The notes: generated by a model from the letters alone, not told the origin. 63,161 bases of DNA, filler included, from Octopus bimaculoides (GCF_001194135.2; 5 parts of 5 records of this genome joined end to end with filler, not necessarily neighbours in it), one strand, 5' to 3'; shown: positions 1 to 12,391, counted from the first letter of the whole stretch. Made by a program: numbers and translations.

Positions 1-547
1 ATATTTTTTCTGGTTTGTTTTTCCCTTTTTCTGTATATTTTTAAAGAATATTTTTTATGTATTTTATTCTTTTCTTTACACATTTCCATTCACAACCGTC
101 TGTTTAAATTTCTCACTCTGGTGCTCTATGTATGTATGTATGTATGTATGTATGTATGTATTTATGTATGTATCTATCTATCTATCTATCTGTATGTGTA
201 TATGTGTATATACACATACACGCACGCACACACGCACGCACACACACACACACATACACACACACACATACACATACACACACATATATAAAAGGAAACA
301 AAACGATAGAACAAGAGCATAACAGGCGACAACAAAACATCCGGACAGGTAGACGATAAACATGTGAATTCGGAGTAGAAGCGCTAAGCAGTGTTGTGTG
401 TAAATACAAACTTGATACCAGCTCAAATATGATTGGTGCATATTCGAATTCGTAAGAAAACCATTCATTGTCTTTTGTCATAGGGAAAATTTCTCTCAAA
501 AACTGTGTAAAAACACCAAGTCAATTCGAAGCTGGGTTTAGCAAGAT

Positions 548-592
548 TAATGGATGCATGCTTTCGGAGTAGTTATCTCCTCTTCAACATCA
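548..592 (-). ncRNA. Degenerate hammerhead-like motif
   Basis: Minus strand TGATG-tTGAAGA-GGAG[ataacta]CTCC-GAAA-GCATGC-ATC-CATTA; C3 mutated, stem III imperfect. Confidence 0.35.
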
Positions 593-828
593 GATAGCGA
601 AAAGGGTAACTCTACGAACTGACAAGAGTTTTCTATCTCTTATATTCTCTCGTCATCGTACTGAGACTGGTTGTGCTAATCGGGTGCTCGTTGTAAATAA
701 AATACGGATTAGAAGGGCCATACAGTGATGTGTATAAAGAAAAACTGATGAATACAAATGTTCTCCAAGCATATTTGAACTGGGAGCAGGTTTGTACTTA
801 AGCATATGAATCTTCTAAATACTTCAAT

Positions 829-883
<55 letters not shown>

Positions 884-884
<1 letters not shown>

Positions 885-1576
885 CCCACCAGAAATTACC
901 AAAAACACATAATGAAAAGAAATATAACAAGTAACTGTAGAATATGTGGAGATGGACAAAAAACAATAAATCATATTATCGCTGGTTGCCCAGTTCTGGC
1001 TAAGAAGGAATATATTCACAGACACGACAGAGCTGGGACCTATATACACTGGAAGCTATGCCAACACTATGGAATAACAACAGAAAAAAGATGGTATAAA
1101 CACACGCCAGAAAAGGTCACAGAAAACGAGAAAGCAACCATACTCTGGGATATGCNNNNNNNNNNNNNNNNNNNNNNNNNNNNNNNNNNNNNNNNNNNNN
1201 NNNNNNNNNNNNNNNNNNNNNNNNNNNNNNNNNNNNNNNNNNNNNNNNNNNNNNNNNNNNNNNNNNNNNNNNNNNNNNNNNNNNNNNNNNNNNNNNNNNN
1301 NNNNNNNNNNNNNNNNNNNNNNNNNNNNNNNNNNNNNNNNNNNNNNNNNNNNNNNNNNNNNNNNNNNNNNNNNNNNNNNNNNNNNNNNNNNNNNNNNNNN
1401 NNNNNNNNNNNNNNNNNNNNNNNNNNNNNNNNNNNNNNNNNNNNNNNNNNNNNNNNNNNNNNNNNNNNNNNNNNNNNNNNNNNNNNNNNNNNNNNNNNNN
1501 NNNNNNNNNNNNNNNNNNNNNNNNNNNNNNNNNNNNNNNNNNNNNNNNNNNNNNNNNNNNNNNNNAACTACTGAAC
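884..1576 (+). mobile_element. 5'-truncated R4/Dong-like RLE non-LTR retrotransposon, family A (middle in N gap)
   Basis: Starts right after (TAA)n 831-883. Encodes CCHC knuckle CRICGDGQKTINHIIAGC, RHD motif and HWKLC...WY.H.P. Ends aactactgaac + (AAT)n. Confidence 0.85.
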
Positions 1577-1591
1577 AATAATAATAATAAT

Positions 1592-1708
1592 GCAAGACAC
1601 TTTCAATACAGTAACCATAAGAGCATCACAGCAAACCACAGCACATACCCATGGCCCACAGAGCTGCGCTCGGTAGTGAAGTGAAAGCACGCTATAAGAA
1701 TAAAACTA

Positions 1709-1712
<4 letters not shown>
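1592..1712 (+). mobile_element. Very short 3'-end copy of R4/Dong-like family A
   Basis: KTLSIQ-stop plus the family-A 3'UTR (gagctgcgctcggtagtgaagtgaaagcac...aactactga), flanked by (AAT)n on both sides. Confidence 0.8.
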
Positions 1713-1742
<30 letters not shown>

Positions 1743-1789
1743 TATCGCTGTGAAAACAACATCCATTCATGAACTTTCTTTTTCTTAAG

Positions 1790-1916
1790 TACATGTTTTA
1801 CCGAGAGGATGATAGGTAAAGTCGACCTCGAATTTGAACTCAGAACGCAGCGACGTATGAAATACCGCTAATCATTTCGCCCGGCGAGCTAACGATTCTT
1901 CCATCTCGCCGCCTTA
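1790..1916 (-). mobile_element. SINE family S1 (head aaggcggcgagctggcagaatcg, ATT tail), 5' part
   Basis: Homologous to the near-complete copies at 36470-36978. A second degenerate copy lies at about 1978-2161. Confidence 0.7.
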
Positions 1917-2311
1917 AAAATGATGATGATGATGATGATGATAAAGATGAGCCAAACCAAAATAATAGTAATAATAATTCTTTCTAATTTTAGTACAAGA
2001 CCACCAATTTTAGAAGAAGGAATACTTTATTCTATCGTCCCCGAAACATTGGCCGATAAAGCTGCCCTCGGTGAAATTTAAATACAGAATGTAAAGAACT
2101 GGAAGAAATGCCGCTACTCATTTTCTACGATGCGCTAATGATTCTGCCAGGTCACCATCTTGAATAATACAGATCGCAACAATAATTAAATAAACAAACA
2201 AATAATTAAACTCATCTTTTACAGGTTCACAACGTTTCAACTGCCGGGACACAATGTGCACAGGTTTAAACCATATTGGAAACTAAATAAATGACAACAT
2301 AATAAATAACC

Positions 2312-2620
2312 AGGCGTGGCTATGTTGTTAGAAGTTTGCTTCCCAGCCACAAGGTTCCGGGTTCAGTCTCACTGCGCGACACATTGAGGGAGTGTCTCTA
2401 CTCTAACCTCGAACAAACCAAAGCTTTGCGATTTGATTTGGTAGACGGAAACTGAAAGACGCCTCTTGTATATAAACCGATAGATTAAGTAACAAGCTAC
2501 AAAATAAAACACGCCTTGGAGTCGATTTCTTCGATTAAAACTCCCCAAGGAGATACCCCATTGACAGCACAGTCTAACGAGTGAAACAAGTAAAGGAAAA
2601 AAAATTAAAAGATAGAATAG
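2312..2620 (+). mobile_element. tRNA-derived SINE family S2 (internal microsatellite, tail tgaaacaagtaaaag)
   Basis: Head ggcgtggct...gggttcagtc..actgcg. Copies at about 3668-3830, 9352-9520, 11885-12030, 29835-30012(-), 39720-39890, 46530-46690(-) and 62076-62160. Confidence 0.75.
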
Positions 2621-3316
2621 AAAATGATACTGTGACAAGCTTTACCCGACTCTAAAATGGCCGACATTACTGCTCAAAATATTCCTTTCATTTGCTACAA
2701 ATCTTCTTCACTCCCCCCACCACCACAGCCACGTCTAAGCGAAGCTGTTTTACACATACTTATTAAAGAAGCCATATCGTCTGTGGAGAACCATCCCATC
2801 TGTTTACCCACGTGACTGTTTACCTCATCCGTCTAATTGTGAATGCTCGCCTGATGTCTCTGTTTGCTATACGTACGCGAGTGTTTGCTTCCTGTGGTCA
2901 CTGAAACTACAGTAAAATAACAAATGGCAAATAAAAGATGTATGCGATGGATTTAAATTAAAATGCACGAGAAAGACTGAAAAATGACATTCAGTGCTTG
3001 ATATGGACACAGAGGAAAGTCTTGTTTGTTTAAGAATTCATTGAATATACACAAACATGCACACATGCATATATATATATATATATATATANNNNNNNNN
3101 NNNNNNNNNNNNNNNNNNNNNNNNNNNNNNNNNNNNNNNNNNNNNNNNNNNNNNNNNNNNNNNNNNNNNNNNNNNNNNNNNNNNNNNNNNNNNNNNNNNN
3201 NNNNNNNNNNNNNNNNNNNNNNNNNNNNNNNNNNNNNNNNNNNNNNNNNNNNNNNNNNNNNNNNNNNNNNNNNNNNNNNNNNNNNNNNNNNNNNNNNNNN
3301 NNNNNNNNNNNNNNNN

Positions 3317-3347
<31 letters not shown>

Positions 3348-3349
<2 letters not shown>

Positions 3350-3525
3350 GTATTTTAACGTGTATAAGGAATCCTTTTTTGTCAAAAATTAGGTTAAAAA
3401 GTATGGGAGTCTCTTATACACGGCTAGTATTGTAATCCTTTACAAAATCTTTTTTCCAAATATTAAGCCTCCAAAATTAAGGGGTTGCTTATACATGAGG
3501 GTTCTTTATACACGTTAAAATACGG
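3348..3525. mobile_element. TA-flanked MITE (pogo/Tigger-like ends)
   Basis: Perfect 20-bp TIR CCGTATTTTAACGTGTATAA, TA on both sides, 178 bp. Confidence 0.85.
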
Positions 3526-3846
3526 TATGTATATATATATATTCATAAATCCGATCCGACAAAAGACATACTCTAAAGATTAGAACAATAATGTTTAAGA
3601 GGTGGTTGGTTATGACCGGTCAAAGCGTGACCATTGGTTTCGCCCTAGTAAGGTTCACATCAATAGGCGCAGGCGTGGCTATGTGGCAAGAAGCTTGTTT
3701 CTCAACCACATGGTTCCGGCTTCAGTCCCACTGCGTGGCACCTTGGGCAAGTAGCTTCTACTGTAGCCTCGGGCCGATCAAAGCTTTGTGAATGAGTTTG
3801 GTAGACGGAAGCAGAAAGAAGCCCGTCGTACACACACACACACACG

Positions 3847-3886
<40 letters not shown>

Positions 3887-4227
3887 CACTACATAAATAA
3901 CATTTTCATATTTTTATAAACAACCCGGAAGACTTTGCGAGTTACAGAGAGAAAGCTACTATGGGAGACTCATCGTATAATAACTGTATATAATATATAT
4001 CGTAATGATATTTATTGTCCGACTTGAAGCATCAATTTTTAAATATAAACAAATGACCGAAAAATGATGAGCTAACCTCTGGCAGAATCGAGCTCACAAA
4101 TCGACTCTTCCATAGCTCCTTGCGAATCTTGTTGGCCAAACGTCCACCCATCAATTTATATATATATATATAAATTATATAGTTAGTTATAAAATCTCAA
4201 GAAGAGATAGAAGAGCAACGTATACTA

Positions 4228-4442
4228 AACAGTAAAGCGAGTAGTCACATCAAAGTGGCAGATGAATGTTACTACTAGTTTAACCCCAGGCAGATTCTCC
4301 ACCAGCTGGTTTTCGGTGCAACGTTCTGCACCCTTTATTGTATATGAAGGGTGCAGAAAATCAGCTGGCGGATAATCCGCCTGGGGTTAAGCTAGTAGTA
4401 ACATTTAACTGCGACTTTCATATGGCTACTTGCTTTACTGTT
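4228..4442. mobile_element. Fold-back MITE
   Basis: About 95-bp inverted arms around an 11-nt loop, TA on both sides. Confidence 0.8.
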
Positions 4443-4456
4443 TATATATATATATG

Positions 4457-4523
<67 letters not shown>

Positions 4524-4542
4524 ATATATGTGTGTGTATATG

Positions 4543-4573
<31 letters not shown>

Positions 4574-5754
4574 GTGGAAGTATACATGTATGTTTGTTTG
4601 TATATATGTGCGTGCGTATGTGTATGTGTGCTCGTGTGTGTGTGTGTGTGTAAGTGTATGCATATACATACGCATTTGTGTATTTGAGTGTGTTTGTGAA
4701 TACAACTGATCGATCACGCTATAGAGATTTCCTCAATTGATAAATTCTGTCGATGCGAGATCTTTATTACCTTTGCCCTTGTCTAAAAATTAATATGAAG
4801 TTATCTAAACTTGTAGAATTTTCTAAACAGCCCTGAAACATATTCTGTTTGTGCTTTCTGAAACGAATCAATTTATTAAAGAAATAAAAGGAGAAAAAAA
4901 TCTTTGTTTTCATAGCAATGGCCGGCATTAATTCTTTCGCACAAAAATATTAATTTTAATTCTTTTATTCACTTTCTCAAACATTCGCCCCCCCCCCCAT
5001 TATACACTTGCTATATCTACGTATATGCATGCACATATGTATGAATATATATGCATACATGCATGGGTATATATAAATATATATATATGTATGTGTGTGT
5101 GTGAGTGTGTGTGTGTGTGTGTGTGTGAGTGTGTGTGTGTGTATACGTTAATGCTTGTTTTTATGTTCAGTTATAAAAACAAATTTACATTAAGCTGATG
5201 GTTTACTCAACATCTTTGTAGAGTACAAATTTATTATTCTTAAACAAGAATATCATTAATTGTGNNNNNNNNNNNNNNNNNNNNNNNNNNNNNNNNNNNN
5301 NNNNNNNNNNNNNNNNNNNNNNNNNNNNNNNNNNNNNNNNNNNNNNNNNNNNNNNNNNNNNNNNNNNNNNNNNNNNNNNNNNNNNNNNNNNNNNNNNNNN
5401 NNNNNNNNNNNNNNNNNNNNNNNNNNNNNNNNNNNNNNNNNNNNNNNNNNNNNNNNNNNNNNNNNNNNNNNNNNNNNNNNNNNNNNNNNNNNNNNNNNNN
5501 NNNNNNNNNNNNNNNNNNNNNNNNNNNNNNNNNNNNNNNNNNNNNNNNNNNNNNNNNNNNNNNNNNNNNNNNNNNNNNNNNNNNNNNNNNNNNNNNNNNN
5601 NNNNNNNNNNNNNNNNNNNNNNNNNNNNNNNNNNNNNNNNNNNNNNNNNNNNNNNNNNNNNNNNNNNNNNNNNNNNNNNNNNNNNNNNNNNNNNNNNNNN
5701 NNNNNNNNNNNNNNNNNNNNNNNNNNNNNNATATTATGATGCATCCTTCACGGT

Positions 5755-6065
5755 GCATAATTACTGAGTTGGCAATAAGAAGTAGAAGGCCGGATGCATC
5801 CTTAGAACGAGTGAACAGGAAACCACGATGGTCCTTTGCAGGACATTTTTTTCTCAGCCGTTTAGACTACAGCTCATAACTTTGGTCACCACACTGTAAA
5901 ATTTACGGTGGAACTCGAAGCAATCCGATGAAGCTACACAAAGATGATCATTTCATGCGATGATTAAGCTAATAGGAAAGGTTTCTACTCTCACGAAGGC
6001 GGGAAAGGCATAGAGTGATGTACATCAGGAAAATCCTGAAAGGAATTGTACAAAGCTTTGGTATT
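5755..6065 (+). mobile_element. CR1-like LINE fragment (RT C-terminal region)
   Basis: FLSRLDYSS*LWSPH...RRRERHRVMYIRKILKGIV, frameshifted. Confidence 0.65.
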
Positions 6066-6669
6066 GTAAAGAAAAAAACAAAAACGGAGGATGTTACACA
6101 AATACAAATAATAGGACATAACAACAGGTGTCTTTCGACTAAGGACGAATTAAATTAAGTTGGCGTGTGTGGTAGTGAAGCCTTATGGCAGGGATACAAC
6201 ATTTCACAGGCACAGGGAGGAATATCGATGTTGCACGGACGGCGATACATACATACGTACATACACACACACACACACACACAAACACACACGCAAACAC
6301 ACACACAAACACACACACACACACACACAAGCCTCTCTCTTTCCTTTCCCGAGCGTCTAATAACACTATCTGTATCACATCCTCACGTTGTTGTTTTTTG
6401 TTATTGTGTTTTGTCTTTTTTTTGAACCTATATATATACANNNNNNNNNNNNNNNNNNNNNNNNNNNNNNNNNNNNNNNNNNNNNNNNNNNNNNNNNNNN
6501 NNNNNNNNNNNNNNNNNNNNNNNNNNNNNNATATATATATATATACGCACACGTATCGTGTGACCGACCAGACTATCGGTTATTGTTATACATCGTTGGT
6601 CTCAATGCACTCCGGACTTTGTACAATGACACATTAAGGAGCTTTTTCTTATGAGTACTACCGGATTAC

Positions 6670-6980
6670 TCGACTCGATGTACTGTGGACAACAACATCA
6701 GCTGGGTCACTCGTATAAACAGCAAAGCTGACATCGCCATCCGAGTGTGTTCCTGGACTGTCATAATATTTTGCAGTCGAGAGATATCCACATCATTATC
6801 CTTCACTTCTCCACTTTCGCCCGACCTCACCTTGAATACTACTGTCCACTGTAGTCTCTCCACACGAAACAAACTATCATGAAAGTTGAAGCACCTCAAA
6901 GATCAATTACAAAAAAGATAGATGGCATAACAGGCCTTGACTATTGGGGTCGACTTCAAAATCTCAACCTTTATTCTCTC
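6670..6980 (+). mobile_element. CR1-like LINE fragment
   Basis: VDNNISW...RPHLEYYCPL*S.H...EAPQRSITKKIDG..GLDYWGRLQNLNLYSL. Confidence 0.7.
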
Positions 6981-8876
6981 TGTATTTATGATGAGGTCGA
7001 TTGAATAAGTACCAGTTACGTACTGGAGTCGGTGTAATCGACTTAGTCTCTTTGTTCACCCTAGTTTGTCACCTCTATGTTTATCCCCCTGTGGGCAATA
7101 AAGAAATAAATATATAAGCGTTTGTATACGAGTTCATGAACATGTGAGTGAGTGCACTTGTGTGGGCCTGTGTGTAAATGTGGTTCTGTGGGAAAATAAA
7201 GGTCTTGTTACGTCACTTTTATTCTCGAGAAACCAAATTGCAATCCATTTTCTGTTTCAAATCTCACATAAAATCTGTGTGTTTATCCTGTTCTAAAATT
7301 CCTTCCTTTTCACAATTAACATTTGCGCAACACACGCAGAATTTGAAACAATATCATTTTCGTTCGGAACTGTAATAAATAAAGAATTTTCTTTAAAAGT
7401 TCGACTCTAAAAGTAAGGATTAAGCTATGAAATAAATATTCAGGTATTAAGCACCAGTTAAAGCCATTCCTATATTTGTTGTTGTTTTTTTCAGATTTAT
7501 TATAAAAGAATATTTGCGCAAGAAATTTAGAAGCAGTAAGGAAATATATATTCCATGGGAAAATAAAAACAAAAGGAAAAAAAAAACAAAACATAATCAC
7601 TTATAGCCGTCTGTCATTGCCAACGTCTCTCCGTCTCTAGCTCTTTCTCTCTCTCTCTTTTTCTCTCTCCCTGTGCTCCTGTCTCTCTTTCTTTGTCTTT
7701 CTCTCTTCGTTACTGTTGTCACAATATTCGTCTATTTATTGCCGGAAAACAATTTAGATTTTCCGTGATAAATCAGAGGTTATTTACTCCGTTGAGGTAG
7801 AAAGAATTTAGCAAGACAACGAAAAGAAATATATGTGAGTGTGTTTGCGCTCGCGCACGTCTGTGTTGGTGTGTGTGTGTGTGCGTGCGTGCATGTGCGT
7901 GAGCGAGTGTGCGTCTACAATTTGTTCATTTTGTGTTTTAATCTCTCTTCACACTCACACACACACACACACACACACATACACACATGTATGTATNNNN
8001 NNNNNNNNNNNNNNNNNNNNNNNNNNNNNNNNNNNNNNNNNNNNNNNNNNNNNNNNNNNNNNNNNNNNNNNNNNNNNNNNNNNNNNNNNNNNNNNNATGT
8101 ACTCCTCAGCTGCATAATGGAATTTCATTTTAGAAAGACATTTTGACGATGTTTGCAAAAAACAAGAGAAAACACATCTCGACTATGCTGCTGTTTCACA
8201 GACAAGTGAATCAAACAAGAATTTAAAATCTAATTGGAGGGATAGTAATTTAAAATTTAGAGGAAGGCAGGTTAAGTAGTGGTGGACAGCAGGTTAGGGG
8301 TAAATCAAGCATGGGAGAAAGAAAAAAAAAAGGAAATGGAAGGGTAATACCCTAAGGAATGGTAAGAATTTGGAAAAAGTTTAAGGTAAGGGAATTAAGG
8401 TCAAGGTATTAAAGAAATATATCTATTCTACAGTATAAATAGAATAATACAATGAAGCACTGAACTACTAAGTTCAAAACTATAGGGAACAATAATAATT
8501 AGAACAAGATAAACATATCCAGATAAAATAAGATATAAATTAGTGTGGGGTGGTATTATTGGGTAAAACTATAATATTAATGGCCAAAATCCAAACAGAA
8601 ATAAAGGAGGGAAGAGGGAGGAAGAAAAAAAAGGGAGAGGAATAGAGTTAGAAAAACAGGTCTAAATTAAGGGAAACAAAGCTAAGGTTTTCGAAAAAGA
8701 CTCAGAATAACTTAGAGAAAATGTAGGACTACTATCAGTGGGTTGGGAAAGGTTAAAAAAATATTCTAAGTATATATTAAAAGTCATACCTCAAATAAAA
8801 TAGTTATTAGTCAGGGAAATGAGAGAAACTAACTTAAAAAATTTAGTAAGATTTACTTTTTAAAGAATATTTACTT

Positions 8877-9350
8877 TTAAAAATATTTAAAGGTGCGGGA
8901 GTAACGATGCACACATAGAACCCTAAGGTCAGATCTATTGTTAATTAAATTAGAGTTATCCTTAAGTTTTAAAATTTCGTAAATTTCCATAGAGCACAGT
9001 CCACAGCCATATCTACTATTTCTANNNNNNNNNNNNNNNNNNNNNNNNNNNNNNNNNNNNNNNNNNNNNNNNNNNNNNNNNNNNNNNNNNNNNNNNNNNN
9101 NNNNNNNNNNNNNNNNNNNNNNNNNNNNNNNNNNNNNNNNNNNNNNNNNNNNNNNNNNNNNNNNNNNNNNNNNNNNNNNNNNNNNNNNNNNNNNNNNNNN
9201 NNNNNNNNNNNNNNNNNNNNNNNNNNNNNNNNNNNNNNNNNNNNATATAGATTTAATCAAAAGATTAAATATGGTACTTAAAATGTTTGAGGCACCAGAA
9301 TTTGGTAGGGTAAAAACCAAAAACAAAATCAAGAGATTTGGTGAATAAAA
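8877..9350 (-). mobile_element. Penelope-like element fragment (linker and GIY-YIG end)
   Basis: FTLPNSGASNIL resembles the LPY.G linker; CGLCSMEIYEIL...NLINNRSDL...CVH resembles the C.LC..E..I...LN.R.E...C.H terminus. Middle is N. Confidence 0.55.
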
Positions 9351-9681
9351 TTTGGTGTGTTTACGTCCCCATAACTTAGCGGTTTGGCAAAAGAAGACCG
9401 GTAGAATAAGTACTAAACTTACAATGAATAAGTCCTGGGGTCGATTTATACGACTACAAGGTTGAGCTCCAGTATGGCCGCAGTCAAATAACTGAAACAA
9501 GTAAAAGGGTAAAAGAGTATTGATCTATAATAACTTCAAATTTTGGTACAAGGCCAGTAATTTTAGTCGGAGAGTTAAGTCGATTACATCGACTCCTAAG
9601 TATTCAACTGGTACTTATTTTGTTGACTCCAAAAGGATGAAAAGCAGAGTCAACCCCATCGGAATTAAAATACAGAAGATT

Positions 9682-10050
9682 TGTTGGCACTCCGTCGCTT
9701 ACGACGTCGAGTGTTCCAGTTGATTCGATCAACGGAACAGCCTGCTCGTGAAATTAACGTGCAAGTGGCTGAGCACTCTACAGACACGTGTACCCTTAAC
9801 GTAGTTCTGGGGATATTCAGCGTGACATAGTATGACAAGGCTGACCCTTTGAATTACAGGCACAACAGAAACAGGAAGTAAGAGTGAGAGAAAGTTGCGG
9901 TGAGAGAGAACAGCAGGGTTCGCCACCATCCATTTCCGGAGCCTCGTGGAGCCTTAGGTGTTTTCGCTCAATAAACACTCACAACGCCCGGTCTGGAAAC
10001 CGCGATCCTATGACCGTGAGTCCACTGCCCTAACCACTGGGCCTCTGCAC
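9682..10050 (-). mobile_element. SINE S3
   Basis: Reverse complement of 33359-33733. Confidence 0.85.
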
Positions 10051-10286
10051 CCAGAAGATAAAGACGGACGAAGTATTTAGTCTGCGTGCTAACGACTTTG
10101 CCAGCCCACCGCATTAAACAAGATGTTTATATTGGTCCTAGATTTTGATAGAGAACCAGCAATTTTAAGAGAGTGCTAAGTCTATGATATCTGTATGGAA
10201 ACAGTCGCAGTCGTATGAAAGGAATATGAAAAGAATTTACAGTGATAAACGAACGAAAATAAGAGGAGAAATTTAAATATGTCCAC

Positions 10287-10362
10287 GGGCATATGGCATA
10301 GTTTATAAGAGCGCGGGTTACTAACTCCAAGATTCCGAGTTCGATTCCAAGCAGTGACCTGA

Positions 10363-10410
<48 letters not shown>

Positions 10411-10582
10411 TCGAAAAATACCTTAGGATTGAGAATCCTGGTTCGAAATTTCCCCAGGACACTTGATGAAGGCTGGAGAATATATCAGCCGAAACGTTGT
10501 GTTCACAACAAACAAGATGAGGACAAATATCCGTCAAATGTAAAATTTGTACATAATTCCTCATCTCTCAAATATAGAACTG
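10287..10582 (+). mobile_element. Composite repeat: tRNA-like head + (AAT)n + module with hammerhead-like motif
   Basis: A-box-like tggcatagttt and B box gagttcgattcc (10337-10348), then (AAT)n, then a hammerhead-like motif at 10458-10503. Confidence 0.6.
10458..10503 (+). ncRNA. Minimal type I hammerhead ribozyme-like motif (C3 mutated)
   Basis: GACAC-tTGATGA-A-GGCTG[10 nt]CAGCC-GAAA-CG-TT-GTGTT: stem I GACAC/GTGTT, stem II 5 bp, palindromic ACGT stem III. Confidence 0.6.
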
Positions 10583-10774
10583 AATTTTAAATATATTTCC
10601 CAAGTCATCATAGACAGGTTGATCGTCTGATACTTATTTTATCGACTCCGAAAGGATGAGAGGCAAAGTCTACTTCGACAGAATTTTAACACGAGAACGT
10701 ACAGAAGTACGAAATGCCACAAAGCAGTTTTCTTAGCGATTCTGCTAGCTTGCCGTTTTTAACAAGAAGTTTAT

Positions 10775-10993
10775 GTTGGTTTCAAATTTTGGCCCTGGGC
10801 CAGCACTTTCGGGAAAGGGGCTAAGTCGATTACATCTACCCCAGTGTTCAACTGGTACTTTTTTCTATTGACTCCGAAAGGATGAAAGGCAAAGTCGACC
10901 TCGGCGGAATCTGAACTCAAAACGTAAAGACGGACGAAATGCCGATAAGCATTTTCCAGGGTATGCTAACGATTGGGCCAGCTCACTGCCTTA
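10775..10993 (-). mobile_element. SINE S1, near full length
   Basis: Shared core gtcgacctcggcggaat...gaaaggatgaaaggcaaag. Partial copies at about 9530-9680 and 10610-10735. Confidence 0.75.
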
Positions 10994-11009
10994 TTACAGG
11001 TTTATATTA

Positions 11010-11587
11010 TTGGGTTGTCTGGAAAGTTCGTGCCCTTTATAGTAGCTTACCTTTCGACTTATTTTAGAACATGGTTGAGTCCATAAAATAGGATTTGACT
11101 ACACCTCCATTTAGAGCACAGTTTAAGCTATCTTTTCGTGGAAGAAGGTTTATGTTCCTATAACCTGTGTTAATTCTGTAACCCTTTCAAATAGAAGATA
11201 AGAAAGTTCATTTTCGGCACTTGATGCTTTTCTTTTTCCGTAAAGGGAAAAATACCTCACAAGCAACCAAAGAAATATGCGCAGTTTACGGTGATGTTTC
11301 TTTATCCGAAAGAAATGTACGGAAGTGGTTCCAAGCTGGAGATTCTAGCCTTATTGATAAAGAGCGATCAGGCAGACCATCCACTACAGAGGATGACTAA
11401 ATCAAGTCATTAATTGAGAATAACCCACATTGCACAACCCAAGAATTGGCAGAAAGCCTCTACCTATCAAAATCCGTCGTTCATGGAGCACCTGGTAAAG
11501 GTTGGGTACACAAATCGTTTGAGTACCACATGAGTTGAGTGAAAAGAACCTTTTGGAAAATCGGCACGAACTTTCCGGACAACACAA
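11010..11587 (+). mobile_element. Internally deleted mariner element
   Basis: 25-bp TIRs (23/25 match), TA on both sides. Dead HTH region EDKKVHFRHLMLFFFRKG...VRKWF...RSGRPS...HELSEKNL; catalytic domain absent. Confidence 0.9.
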
Positions 11588-12039
11588 TAAAACATTGTAT
11601 TGGCAGATAAATTAGTTCGTTTTCTTCCCATTTATTTTAATCCTTTCCAATGGTGTTTGAATTAGTATGAAAGATATTTTTATCGAAGTGTTTTATGGCA
11701 TAAGTTTTGTAGTTCTATGCTTCTTCTACAACTTCTTTCTCCCTATACAAATTCTGTTTTTCGTTTTGAACTTTTGGTAAATTTTACCACTTTTCAGAGG
11801 CATATAACGACAGAGTGGCAAGTAGAAAAAAAATTAATTCCTCTGATAAACAAATGGTATTATTTATTTACATTCTTTTTGTACAGGCATAGCCATGGAT
11901 GTGTGGTTAAGAAACTAAATTTGCAACGGCGTGGTTTCGAGTTCAGGCCCGCTTGACAGTAACATGAGCAAATGTCTTCTGCTATAGCACCGGACGTACC
12001 AATGCCTTGTGAGTGAATTTGGTAAAATAGAAATCATTT

Positions 12040-12318
12040 AGGACCAGTTACTGCACCATCCTGGGTTTCAGGGGCGCACAGCTTTTTAATATTCTCCCAA
12101 AGAGCCTGAGGAACCTACACAAGGTGGACGTAGGTGTTTTCAAATCAAAGCTGGACCTCTTCCCAGATGAACCTACCTCGCTACAAGAGGTGCAAATGAG
12201 GGCAGCGACATCAAACTCCCTTATTCACCAAATGCCACATATTAGAGGAGGCTCTCAATAATAACAGTGTGGCAAAACGGCGGGGCCCCAGAATGGCCGC
12301 AGCTCTGAGCTGAAACTA
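12040..12318 (+). mobile_element. CR1-like LINE 3' end
   Basis: YCTILGFRGAQLFNILPKSLRNL...FKSKLDLF..DEP...RAATSNSL then 3'UTR ending gctgaaactaca. The same tip recurs near 50140-50168. Confidence 0.65.
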
Positions 12319-12391
12319 CAATATATATATATATATATATATATATANNNNNNNNNNNNNNNNNNNNNNNNNNNNNNNNNNNNNNNNNNNN

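Noticed and set aside
8690-8745. CTGATAG...CGAAA on the minus strand near the Penelope-like fragment
   Set aside because: Core does not match CUGANGA and no stem II can be drawn.
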